The translations under genes and the position numbers were made by a program. Source: Octopus sinensis (lineage: Eukaryota). From it: a stretch of DNA of 64,000 nt. The notes under the pieces were generated by a model. It was not told where the DNA came from. It saw nothing but the letters and a program-made list of their open reading frames with translations, and searched no databases. The DNA lies in contig NC_043007.1 in the NCBI RefSeq assembly GCF_006345805.1, positions 47,058,001 to 47,122,000 on the forward strand, written 5' to 3'. This document shows positions 14,780 through 25,689 of this stretch, one piece after another. Each line of letters begins with the position of its first letter. Within the stretch, counting starts at the first letter, position 1.

Positions 14780-14858
14780 TATCAAATAAATACACATACA
14801 TGCAGGAGTACACATACATGCATACACACATACACAATATCACGCGCACACACACATG

Positions 14859-14900
<42 letters not shown>

Positions 14901-14979
14901 CATGTGTGTGTGCGCGTGATATTGTGTATGTGTGTGTGCATGTATGTGTACTCGTGCATGTATGTGTATTTATTTGATA
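14780..14979. repeat. Inverted repeat (about 90-bp arms) centred on a (TA)n tract
   Basis: atcaaataaatacacatacatgcaggagtacac... is mirrored by ...gtgtactcgtgcatgtatgtgtatttatttgat with about 2 mismatches. Confidence 0.9.
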
Positions 14980-16540
14980 CGGTCTCAATACTTGATATTT
15001 AATTTGTTTTTCTGATACTTTGCCATTACTTCCGGTGTGGGTTCTTCACTCTTAAAAGGCGAATATCTACAGCAGCCATAGGAAACTAATCATTTAATCA
15101 TTCGTCCATCTGCCTCTCTCGTTGTCTAGTTTGGACAGTTTAAACTATTATATATTTTACTTGTTGTTTATTTCGCTGACAATCTTGGTCCTTCACGCAG
15201 ACAATCTGCCGATACAATACAATGTAAGATTATTTATTTGTACTGTGCTCTAATAAAGTTCGTAATTTTGGCGATAAGATCTGACAAACTGATACTGTGA
15301 GGAGCTACACACTCTTACAGAAGTTTGATCTCACGGCTGAATAGTAACACGCACAAGGCACTCATGCATGTCTTGATAATTTTCTTATCTTTAAACAAAC
15401 AAATGTGTAGTTAGGTGGATAGTGACTAGAAGAAATAATAGATATATCTCCCACTGAAAAAATACTGACAGATGTTAGCTTAGCCTTTGTTAAAACTTCG
15501 TATTACAGAGCTGACAATTGACTGATATATCTACAAGTTAATCCATATGTTTCACGGTTCAGTAAAACTTACAAGTTTATTCAATAAGAAAGGCCTTTAA
15601 AAGGAGAATGAAAACGGATAAATAACATTAAGGCTGTATTCTTTGAAGTAAACGAAAGAAAAACATGTCAAAACTTAGTACAATGAAGCACATTACAAGA
15701 TTTAGCCAGTTCATATCTTAAATATAATCACGGATTTTCTACATAGAAGCATTGCTTCTTTTCATTATACATGGTCCTTGTGGCATTGTTCATCTAAACT
15801 GTATAGTTGTATATCGATATATGTGTCCTTGTGTTCGCTTAAATATGTATGTTATTGTATGCATGCATATATATATATATATGCATATCAGCATGCAATT
15901 TTGCATTTTTATACATATCTCGGCGCACACGCAGACATAGGACGACGCATATCTTTGACTGCATATACAGTCCTTTTTTATTCTGAACACCTCCGATGTT
16001 TTACATATTTTGACAATGCCTGCAGCCGTAATCGATAAACCAGGAGTGTTTTTTTTTAATATTTTGTGAGGCCTATCTTCTCAAGCTACGTACTGAACCA
16101 GTTAGCTAAAAGGGTACGTTCTTTGTTCCGATATATTTAATCTGATTCCTTTTGGTTAATTCAAACTGGTCTCTGACAATGTGACGACGTTCTATTTTAT
16201 TTTAATTTGATGGGTGGTTATTTCAATCGAGAGTCCCTGGGGATTGAGAAAACCTGAATAGGTTGGCATGCATACATACAAACATACGTTTATATCAATA
16301 TTTGATTTCATGTTCAGTTATATTAAAATCAGTTTTACATTAATCTAATGGGCTATTGTATTATCCTTTTGTAGAGCATAAATCTATTATTCTTAGGCAA
16401 GAATGTTGACAGTAACTTCGACGTTTCAGCTAAGTAAGCGATCACCAGTGTGCCCGACAATGGTTTAGTACACCGAAACTTCGAAGACGCTGTCATCAAG
16501 ATTCTTCCATATACATACAGATATATATATATCTGTATCT

Positions 16541-16848
16541 AGCGTGGCTTAGTGGTTAGGGCATTCGGCTCACGATTGTAAGGTCGTCAGTTCGAATCCC
16601 GGTGATGCGTCGTGTCCTTGAGCAAGACACTTTACTTCACGTTGCTCCAGTCCACTCAGCTGGTAAAAATGAGTTGTACCTGTATTTCAAAGGACCGGCC
16701 TTGTCACGCTTAATCTCCCTGAGAACTACGTTAGGAGTACACGTGTCTGTGGATTGATTAGTCACTTGCACGTTAATTTCACGAGCAGGCTGTTCCGTTG
16801 ATCGTATCAGCTGGGACCCCCGTCGTCATAAAAGACGGAGCGCACCTT
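16541..16848 (+). mobile_element. tRNA-derived SINE with CORE-like central motif
   Basis: A box TGGCTTAGTGG, B box GTTCGAATCC, then GTGTCCTTGAGCAAGACACTT; ends in (TA)n. Confidence 0.8.
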
Positions 16849-17365
16849 GTATATATATATATATATATATATGCGTGAAAGAAAGAGAAAGCGAGAGAGA
16901 ATTATTGGTTAGGGATTATCAATCCGGGCAAAATACTTCATAAGATCCCTGTTTACGCAGAACACTAACAGTATTGTTTAGATTAGTGATGAACTCCAAA
17001 TATTATTATGAGAGGGTCCCAGGTTATACTTCATCATCATTCTGTACTGTAAATTTGTGGTTGCGCTGCAGTCAAACAGGTTTTTAAACAGAGTGATAGT
17101 CAAGACAAGGCATAAATAATGGTCATTATATATTTTACTTTTATTGGAGGAAAACTTACTCGAATAAAAAAGGCCAAATTTATTGGAATAAAAGTAAAGA
17201 TGTAATACATACATATATATATCTTTTCAAACACACACACACACGCACACACACACTCACACGCACAAACATACAAACACACACAAACATACATATATGT
17301 ATTGATACAGCAGTATCAGCGTCCTATAGTTGCTTGATATAAGCGAATTTTAGCTGAGTTAAAAC

Positions 17366-18301
17366 ATGCTTGTGGCATATCTCAACTGCTATATGAAAAT
17401 GTAGTTAGGGTGCAAAAAAATCTTTTTTAAGGTAACAGGTGTAATAACACAATATCTACAGTGAATTTCCCTTTACAAGTTGAAATATGTCACAAAGATA
17501 TTTTAACTAATCTAAAGTTCGCTTTTTATATATAATACATACATATATGTATATATACATATACATATATATATATATATATAATATATACATATATATA
17601 TATATATGCATATATATATATGTATATATATATATGCATATATATATATATGCATATATATATGCATATATATATATATATATATCTATATACATATATA
17701 TATGCATATATATATGTATATATATATATATGCATATATATATATATATACATATATATATATGCATATATATATGTATATATATGCATATATATATATA
17801 CATATATATATATGCATATATATATGTATATATATATATATGCACATATATATATATATATACATATATATATATGCATTATATATATGTAATATATATA
17901 TATGCATATATATACATATATATATGCATATATGCATATATATATTATATATATATATATTATATATGCATATATATACATATATATATGCATATATATA
18001 TATATTATATATATGCATATATATATGCATATATATATATGCATATATATATATATATATCATACATATATTATATGCATATCTATATATGTATATATAT
18101 ATATGTATATGTATATATACATATATGTATGTATTTATCTATAAAAGCGACTTTAGATTAGTTAAAATATCTTTGTGACATATTTCAACTTGTAAAGGGA
18201 AATTCACTGTAGATATTGTGTCATTACACCTGTTACCTTAAAAAAGATTTTTTTGCACCCTAACTACATTTTCATATAGCAGTTGAGATATGCCACAAGC
18301 A

Positions 18302-18302
<1 letters not shown>
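17366..18302. repeat. Inverted repeat (about 200-bp near-identical arms) around about 550 bp of TA/ATGC microsatellite
   Basis: atgcttgtggcatatctcaactgc... at 17366 is the reverse complement of ...gcagttgagatatgccacaagcat ending at 18302; few mismatches. Confidence 0.93.
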
Positions 18303-18339
<37 letters not shown>

Positions 18340-18417
18340 TGTATATATATGTATATACATATATATATATATGCATATATATACATATATACATATATAT
18401 ACATAATATATATATAT

Positions 18418-18487
<70 letters not shown>

Positions 18488-18488
18488 A

Positions 18489-18500
18489 CAAGATGGCGCC
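18489..18500 (+). promoter_or_regulatory. YY1-like motif CAAGATGGCGCC at the putative LINE-B 5' end
   Basis: Matches the YY1 core AAGATGGCG, 4 nt after the (TA)n tract ends. Confidence 0.35.
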
Positions 18501-19149
18501 GAACTAACAACAAGTGTGTGGTTAATGTCCTCTCCTAAAGTTTAAGAAGTCCTTCAATAGATCGATGTTATCAGAACTGAAATTTGTCTGTAAAGCGAAT
18601 ATAAGTGAAAGTACGACAAGACACTGTATTTGAGAAGAATATTTTCGCTTTTGATATAGTATTTGCAACTAGAACATACCTAGCGAGCACATGTGTTGAA
18701 AGCACGTGTGTTACTTCCTGAAATTGAAGTGAATTTTTGTCTGTGAAACAACGACTAGACACAGTATTTTTGAGAAGAATATTTTCGCTTTTGGTGTCGT
18801 AAATCTGCGTGTTTTGAAAGTCTCTGAAAAATTTGCTGCCTAATACCAAATTGCTTAAGAAAATATAGAAAGTATTGTTAATTTTTGCATCTACGAAATC
18901 GGAACGCTATTCTTTCCTTTTGTTTACAAAATACAAGTGAGGAATATCAAAGGTCTGTCTTAGTATCTATATTCCTTTCTTATAAAACGGAGTGACGGTA
19001 AGTGTTCTCTCAGCCGGTAAGGTAAGGAAAAATATTATTTATTATTAGTGTTTCCTCAACCAGAAGATAATAATTTTAAAAAAAGGATATAAAAGATATA
19101 AAAAATAAGCGCTATTCTATCTTTAACGCGTTTGTTTACAGATTTGTTC

Positions 19150-20057
19150 TTCCTAACTGCCACGCTCTCTCTCTATCTCTTTCTTACATTTCTATCTCTT
19201 ACATTTCTATCTCTTTCTTACATTTTTATACCTTATCTGTCTCTGCATCCACCAGACCCTCTATTTCCGCGCGCTCTCTCTCCCCTCCTCTCTCTCTCTT
19301 TGTCTCTCTCTCTCTCTCTCTCTCTCTCTGCCATCGTTTCTCTTTCTGCATCTGTCTCTCAGATCAACTTTCTCACATCTCACCCCCTCTCAGTTCCTCT
19401 ACTTCACTCATTCTCTCTTGTATCTATATACCACCCTCTCTCTCTCTCTCTCTCTTTTTTCTCTCTCTCTGCCTCTTTTCTCTCCGCTCCTTCACAGGTC
19501 AAACGCCGTTTCCTCTTCTCCTTCTGTCCCCTTATTTCTTTCTTTACACCACCCTCCCTGTCCCTTTACAACACTCTCTTGCACCTCTGTCGTGCCCCTC
19601 TTTCCCTCCCCCCTTTTTCTTCCTACTTTTTCTCTTCCTGCTCCCTCTAAGGCTCATCCCCTTGCCTTATTTTTCCTCTCTCTGTCTCCTTCCTCCACAC
19701 CACCCTCTCTGTCCCTTTACTTCACTCTCTGGTACCTCTATCCCGCCTTCTCTCTCTCTCCCTCTCCATTTTTATCTCTCCGCCTTTCTTCTCCCTGCTC
19801 CCCTTAGGGTCCATCCTCTTGTCTCTCTTTTCCTCCCTGTCCCTTTACTTTCTTTCTACTACACCTCTATCTCGCTCACTCTCCCCCTGCTGACCTTCTT
19901 TTTTCTCTTTTTTCTCTCTTCTCTCAGGACAATCCCCTGGTCTCTCTCTCTATCCCCCCTGGCTTTTCTCCTTTCTCCTCTCCCTCTCCGGTCAACCATC
20001 TTATCTTTCCTCCTCTCTCTGTTCCTATATTTCACTCTCACTGTATCTCGGGCGAAA
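19150..20057 (+). repeat. Pyrimidine-rich (CT) 5' UTR with about three diverged 150-bp tandem units
   Basis: Recurrent acaccaccctc.ctgtccctttac (about 19545, 19696) and cctgctccc.t..gg..catcc.ctt (about 19638, 19795). Confidence 0.6.
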
Positions 20058-20961
20058 ATGTCAAGAAACTGGTCTGCAAGGGAGTTGCAATTGTTCGTCC
20101 GCGCTTGGAAGATTGCCGAGGACGACTCGCCGAACAATATCATTGCAGCGGCGCTGAAGAGCAATGATTTTTCAAGAACCACCGCCCAGATAGAGCGAAA
20201 GAAACGAGAATTTATCCGTTCATACGCTCTAATCAGGAAACATGTAGACACTCTGGACATCATCCTCGGGTAGGCCAAAAGGATGAAGAAAACATCCAGG
20301 ACCCAACAAAAGACAAAACCGAGAAACCTAGAACGCAGGGAAACAATGACACATGTCCAGCTCCCAACACCACAACTGAAGACCAAAGAGGTGCGATGGC
20401 CACAAGAAAAGAAAATCACCCTAAAATTCTTGGGAAACAGGAGGTAAAAAGCAAGAAAATCAAAGCTAAAACAAACCCTGTTGAGAGAAAACAAAAAGAC
20501 CCCAGCAAGAACTATAAGGCAAAGAAAGAAACATTTGCAAATTCTACCTGAAGGGGGACTGCTGGTACGGCGTCGAAGGTGCGAACTGTCGCTTTGCACA
20601 TCAGAGGCCCTACCAAAATCGCACGGACGCGAGACAGGGGTCCCTCCCTTGGGGAGAACAAAAAGAAGAACAAAAACAAAAATATAAAAGAAGGAAAAAA
20701 AGCGCACTTACCACTCCTGAAAGACGATATGCGGATGTGGTGCGCGGTAACCCAACAAATGGCCAGCTTCACCCAGATGTGAGAAGGGCATCAGCTGAAC
20801 AGGAACCTTTTTTGTGCATGGCACAAAAAATTGTTCAGCAGCTGACCTGGCTACAAGCGCAAATCTAGAACTACCACCACATAAGGCCACCACCAACAGA
20901 TGCAGGATGGCCACCACAGACACCAACGCCAACACACACACCACAAAAATATTTCTACTGA
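20058..20961 (+). pseudogene. LINE-B ORF1: N-terminal Myb/SANT-like (trihelix) domain + CCCH zinc finger, two frameshifts
   Basis: MSRNWSARELQLFVRAWK...RTTAQIERKKREFIRSY (20058-20230); ICKFYLKGDCWYGVEGANCRFAH (20533-20601, different frame); stop at 20866. Confidence 0.7.
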
Positions 20962-23648
20962 ACGTAGGAGGGCTGCTGCGCGGAAACTGTAAAAGGAAAA
21001 TCTCATTCCTGAGAGACCTATGACATGCAATCAAGCTATATGCATGTCACTCACAGAAACGCATCTTGAACCCGATATAGGTGATGCAGAAATACACATG
21101 CCGCATTATGCAGTCATACGTATAGATAGAAAAGGGAGGAGCCATGGTGGAATTGCAATGTACATCCGAGATGACCTCACGCCCCAGGTCCTGTTGTCAT
21201 ATTCAAACTCTACATATCGCCCACCAGATGCCCCAAATCACTCAGGCATGTTTGAAGACTGCCTAACAAAAATAGGAGAAGTCCTCACCAACCTTGAACA
21301 ACACAAAAGTGTATTCTTCATGGGTGACTTTAACTTCCCCAATGTGGAATGGCCTGGGGGCAGATGCTCTCAGGGATAACACACCATCAGCAGGCACAGG
21401 CAGAGTCCCTGCTCCATCTCACAAATGCCTCTTTCATGGAGCAAATAGTTCTGCAACCAACAAGGGCAGATAATATACTGGATTTCTGCTTCACAAACAA
21501 TATGGATATTATCCATAATGTTAATGTGATGCCGACAATGATCTCGGATCACAACATAATAGAGCTGTCTATGTATGGAACAAAAGCCCCCATAGACACA
21601 CAGCCTATACGAAGCATCCACCATCTCTCCAACTTAAACTTTCATAAAGCAAACTGGAAGTTGATTGAGAAAGAGATCCTCAAACAGGATTGGCTCGAGA
21701 GAATGCTAATGGAAATTGAGAAAAGTCTGCATCAGTCCCATGAAAAGGAGAGAGCAGATAAAGAAGCCTGGGTAATATAAAATATAAAATCAAACCCTAA
21801 AGCTTTCTTTAAGTTTGCCAAAGAGACAGCCACAGTGCACCAGAGAATAGGACCTCTCTGCCAAAAAGATGGCTCTCTCAGAGGAAATCCTACGAGGATA
21901 GGTGAAATACTGAACGAACAATTCCAAAGTGTGTTCACTACACCTCTAGGACACAGGGAAGTAAACAACCCAGAAGAATTATTTGCCACTTTACCTGCGG
22001 CCAAAGAGGCAAACATTGAGTACATCAACGTCGAAGATGATGATATCACACTAGCCATAGATGAGATTGACACAAAGTCAGCTGCTGGACCTGATGGATT
22101 CCCAGCGATCCTTCTCAAATCGTGCAAACGAGCCCTTGCAAAACCGCTACAGCTTCTTTTTCAGAGCTTTCTTGCAAGTGGTATGCTCCCAGTCAAATTG
22201 AGAGAGGGGGTAATATGCCCTATCCATAAGGGAGGTAGCAGAGCAGATGCTAAATGTTATAGGCCTATCTCTCTTACCTCACACATCAGCAAAGTCATGG
22301 AACGAATAGTCCGTAAGAAACTAGTCATGTTCCTTGAAGAAAATGACTTGCTGTCTGACAACCAGCATGGATTTCGACCAGGTAGAAGCTGCCTAACACA
22401 GCTCCTGCAACACTATGGCTGGGTGTTGAAACAGCTACTAAATGGCTCAAATGTGGATGTAATATATCTCGACTTTGCAAAAGCCTTTGATAAAGTCGAC
22501 CATGGTATGATCTGTCACAAATTGCGTGGTCTCGACATAGGCGGAAAACTTGGAGAGTGGCTGCACAACTTCCTAAAAGACAGAAAACAGGCAGTTGTGA
22601 GCAATGGAGCCACCTCCAAGGAAACACAAATAACAAGCGGTGTCCCACATGGCACTGTCTTGGGGCCACTGATGTTCATAGTGCCCCTTTCAGACATGCC
22701 TTCAGTTGCTACGATGACCACCCTTGCTAGCTATGCAGATAACACAAAAGTCTCCCACACAATACAAAACCCTGAAAATATTGCGCATCTGCAACAGGAG
22801 TTGGACACTATATACAGGTGGGCTGAGGACAACAACATGCAGTTTAATGCAGGTAAGTTCCAGGCCCTGCGCTACCGGCACACAAAGGTAAACGACGTGC
22901 AGACTGGATACACTGGCCCAGGAAGAATTGCAATCCCTGAGTCAAAATCAGTGCGTGACCTGGGCATTGACATGAGCAATGATGCATATTTCCAAGTGCA
23001 TATTACTGATCTGGTGATAAAATGCAGACGGCTAGCTGGATGGATTCTCCGAACTTTCAGAACAAGAGAGAAGGATACACTGATGGTCTTATGGAAAACA
23101 TTCGTCCTCAGCCGCTTGGACTACTGCTCCCAACTATGGTCACCACACAATATAAAATTAACAGCAGAACTCGAAGCAATTCAGAGAAGCTACACATAGA
23201 AAATCGTCTCAATGCAAAATATCAGCTACTGGGAAAGACTGAAAGTATTAAACCTCTTCTCCCTAGAGCGGAGGCGGGAGAGATATGCGGTGATATACAT
23301 CTGGAAAATCCTGGAGGGTCTTGTCCCAAACTTTGGCATTCAAAGTTACCCCAACCGAGAACGGGGCGCCACTGCATGGTGCCAAAGATTCCAACATCAC
23401 CATCAAAATACAGGTCCAGATACTTCAACAGCTTGGGTTTCAGAGGACCACAGCTCTTTAACATCCTCCCTAACTGCCTGAGAGACTTACATGGTGTGGA
23501 TGTGGGTTTCTTTAAAACTAAACTGGAACTCTTCTTGTCGGTAGTCCCAGATGAACCTACCTCACGACAGGAGACGCAGATGCGGGCAGCAGCATCGAAC
23601 TCCCTTGTTGATCAAGTGCCACGTATCAGAGGTGGATTCACATATTAG
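20907..23648 (+). pseudogene. LINE-B ORF2: apurinic endonuclease + reverse transcriptase
   Basis: ETHL, YRPP, MGDFN, SDHN; YRPISLTS, QHGFRPGRSC, YLDFAKAFD, GVPHGTVLGP, YADN; LDYCSQLWSP, LFSLERRRERY. Several frameshifts, stops and internal deletions. Confidence 0.95.
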
Positions 23649-23728
23649 TGTAGCTCATTCAGTGGTGGTGCCCCAGCATGGCCGCGGCCTTCGGGCTAAA
23701 ACATTTTCAAGGATTTAAGGATTTAAGG

Positions 23729-23764
<36 letters not shown>

Positions 23765-23851
23765 CATAAATGTAAATAAATGGTACAACGAAGCACCGAT
23801 ATTTACTGGAAAATGGCGAACGCTAATGTATAGCTTCACTGTGTATGTACT

Positions 23852-24209
23852 AGTAAAGATGCGTGTGTGCAACAAACATGAAAAAAATTGTCTTACCTCT
23901 AGGAAGAACATCTGAAAGATGAAAAACCTAGATAATGGATAATGCAGTACTCTCGTATTGCATTACTATGTGTACTGGCATAGATGTGGCAACATTTGAA
24001 ATAATGTCGAGGTTTATGCAGCTGATGAAGATAAATCAAATATACGTTTGGCAAGCGTATTTTGAAAAATCCGAAACCGGTACTGCATTATCCGTTATCT
24101 AGGTTTTTCATTTTTCATATGTTCTTCCTAGAGGTAAGACAATTTTTTTCATGTTTGTTGCACACACGCATCTTTACTGGAAAGCAATACTCTCGTATTG
24201 CATTACTAT
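23852..24209 (+). mobile_element. Non-coding hammerhead-bearing unit (Penelope pLTR/retrozyme-like): 240-bp monomer with 22-bp terminal redundancy plus a 99-bp inverted partial copy
   Basis: tactctcgtattgcattactat at 23948 and 24188; arms 23852-23950 and 24080-24178 are reverse complements with 3 mismatches. Confidence 0.7.
24016..24088 (+). ncRNA. Minimal type-I hammerhead ribozyme
   Basis: AUGCAG-CUGAUGA-[long stem II]-GAAAC-CG-GUA-CUGCAU. Stem I 6 bp, palindromic ACCGGU stem III, intact core; A.C mismatch at the base of stem II. Confidence 0.82.
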
Positions 24210-24237
24210 TTTCATATATATATATATATGTATATAA

Positions 24238-24548
24238 CTTGCTTTCCAGCCACATGGATCCGGTTTCATTCCACGGGCCGACCAACGCCTTGTGAGTGAA
24301 TTTGGTAGACGAAAACTGAAAGTGCGGTGTATGTGTGTGTGTGTGCGTCTGTCTGTTTGTCCCCTCACCATCGCTCGACAACAGATGTTGGTGTGTTTAC
24401 GTCCATGTAAATTAGCGGTTTGGCAAAAGAGACCGACAGAATAAGTACTAGGCTTAGAAAGAATAAGTCCTAGCCTCGATTTCTTCGACTAAAGGTGGCG
24501 CTTCAGCATGGCAGCAGTCAAATAACTGAAGTAAATAAAAGAATAAAG
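24238..24548 (+). mobile_element. SINE family A (tRNA-like head, internal (GT)n, LINE-B-like tail), internally deleted
   Basis: Homologous to the copies at 45030 and 62064; tail ggtggcgcttcagcatggcagcagtcaaataactgaag. Confidence 0.85.
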
Positions 24549-24789
24549 AAAGAATAAAATAATATATATCTTAAAGAAGACATATGCTAAGGCATGACAA
24601 ACATGGCAAGTCATATAGCCTTAGTGTTTGTGGCCCTCTTTAACAAATATATATCCGCTAAAACGTAAACCTAAATTGGTTCTACAACTCCTTCTTAGTT
24701 ACGAGCTTGGTGCCCTAGTAATCCCTTACAGCACTTACCCAATATACCTATACGTTTAGACCAATTTTGAACTAAACCCTCATATCATG

Positions 24790-25099
24790 TATATCACGTG
24801 ATCACGTGACCGACCAGACCATCAGATGTTGCTATACATCGCTGGTCACAATGCGTTCGCATTGTTTTAGCCTTCGAATTACGCCACCCCGCTGGCTAAG
24901 CGAGCAGGCCAACAGAAGAAAGAGTGGGAGAAAGAGTGGTGAAAGAGTACAGCAGGGATCACCGCCCCCTGCCAGAGCCTCGTGGAGCTTTTAGGTGTTT
25001 TCTCTCAATAAACACACACAACGCCCGGTCTGGGAATCGAAACCGCCATCCTGCGACCGGGAGTCCGCTGCCCTAACCACTAGGCCATTGCGCCTCCAC
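24790..25099 (-). mobile_element. tRNA-derived SINE (separate family)
   Basis: Minus-strand head gtggaggcgcaaTGGCCTAGTGGttagggc...GGTTTCGATTCC (A and B boxes); tail (CACGTGAT)x2 into TA. Confidence 0.8.
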
Positions 25100-25186
25100 A
25101 TATCACATATATATATATTATATATATATATAATATATCTAGTATATATATATATATATATATTATATTATATATAATATATATAT

Positions 25187-25239
<53 letters not shown>

Positions 25240-25428
25240 TATATATATATATACATATATATATAATATATATATATATATACATATATAATAATATATA
25301 TATATCATATATATATATATATATAATATATATATATATATTGTATATATATAATTATATATATATATATATATATATACATATATAAATATATATATAT
25401 ACATATATATACATATATATATATTATA

Positions 25429-25467
<39 letters not shown>
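25100..25467. repeat. (TA)n microsatellite block
   Basis: Direct inspection. Confidence 0.95.
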
Positions 25468-25469
<2 letters not shown>

Positions 25470-25689
25470 AAGTAAATAGACACCTTTAATTTTCCAAATC
25501 TTTTATTTAATGCGCAAAGCGAACAATTGGAATGTAATCGATAGGTAGGACTACATACTTTAGTATTTAGTTGACGTTACGTTTGCAGTCTTTAATTCAA
25601 AGTATTTTTGGCATTGAACAGATGAGCTTTGTGATTGTCTCTTGTGGAATTTCTGCCCACTTTTCACGTTACTATGTTATTATTATTAT

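Larger units (their letters stand above)
18485..23728 (+). mobile_element. CR1/L2-group non-LTR retrotransposon, LINE-B, possibly full length
   Basis: ORF1 (Myb-like + CCCH), ORF2 (APE+RT), 3' stem-loop and (TTTAAGGA)x3 tail into (TA)n. 20058-23728 is secure; the 5' extension to the (TA)n boundary at 18485 is inferred. Confidence 0.85.

Noticed and set aside
16415-16495. Two overlapping hammerhead-like strings (CUGGUGA..GAAACGUC; CCGACAA..GAAACUUCGAAGAC)
   Set aside because: Core mismatches and 2 bp or less of stem I.
16541-16615. tRNA-like sequences here and at 25030-25099 and 35990-36070
   Set aside because: SINE heads with A/B boxes, not complete cloverleaf tRNA genes.
18155-18215. Hammerhead-like fold in the arms of the 17.4-18.3 kb palindrome (AAUAUC/GAUAUU stem, GAAAU..GUA)
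   Set aside because: The core reads UUUGUGA (3 mismatches) and stem II is poor.
24494-24535. SINE/LINE tail hairpin followed by GAAAC..GUA, resembling half a hammerhead
   Set aside because: No CUGANGA before the hairpin in any copy; explained as the retrotransposition stem-loop.
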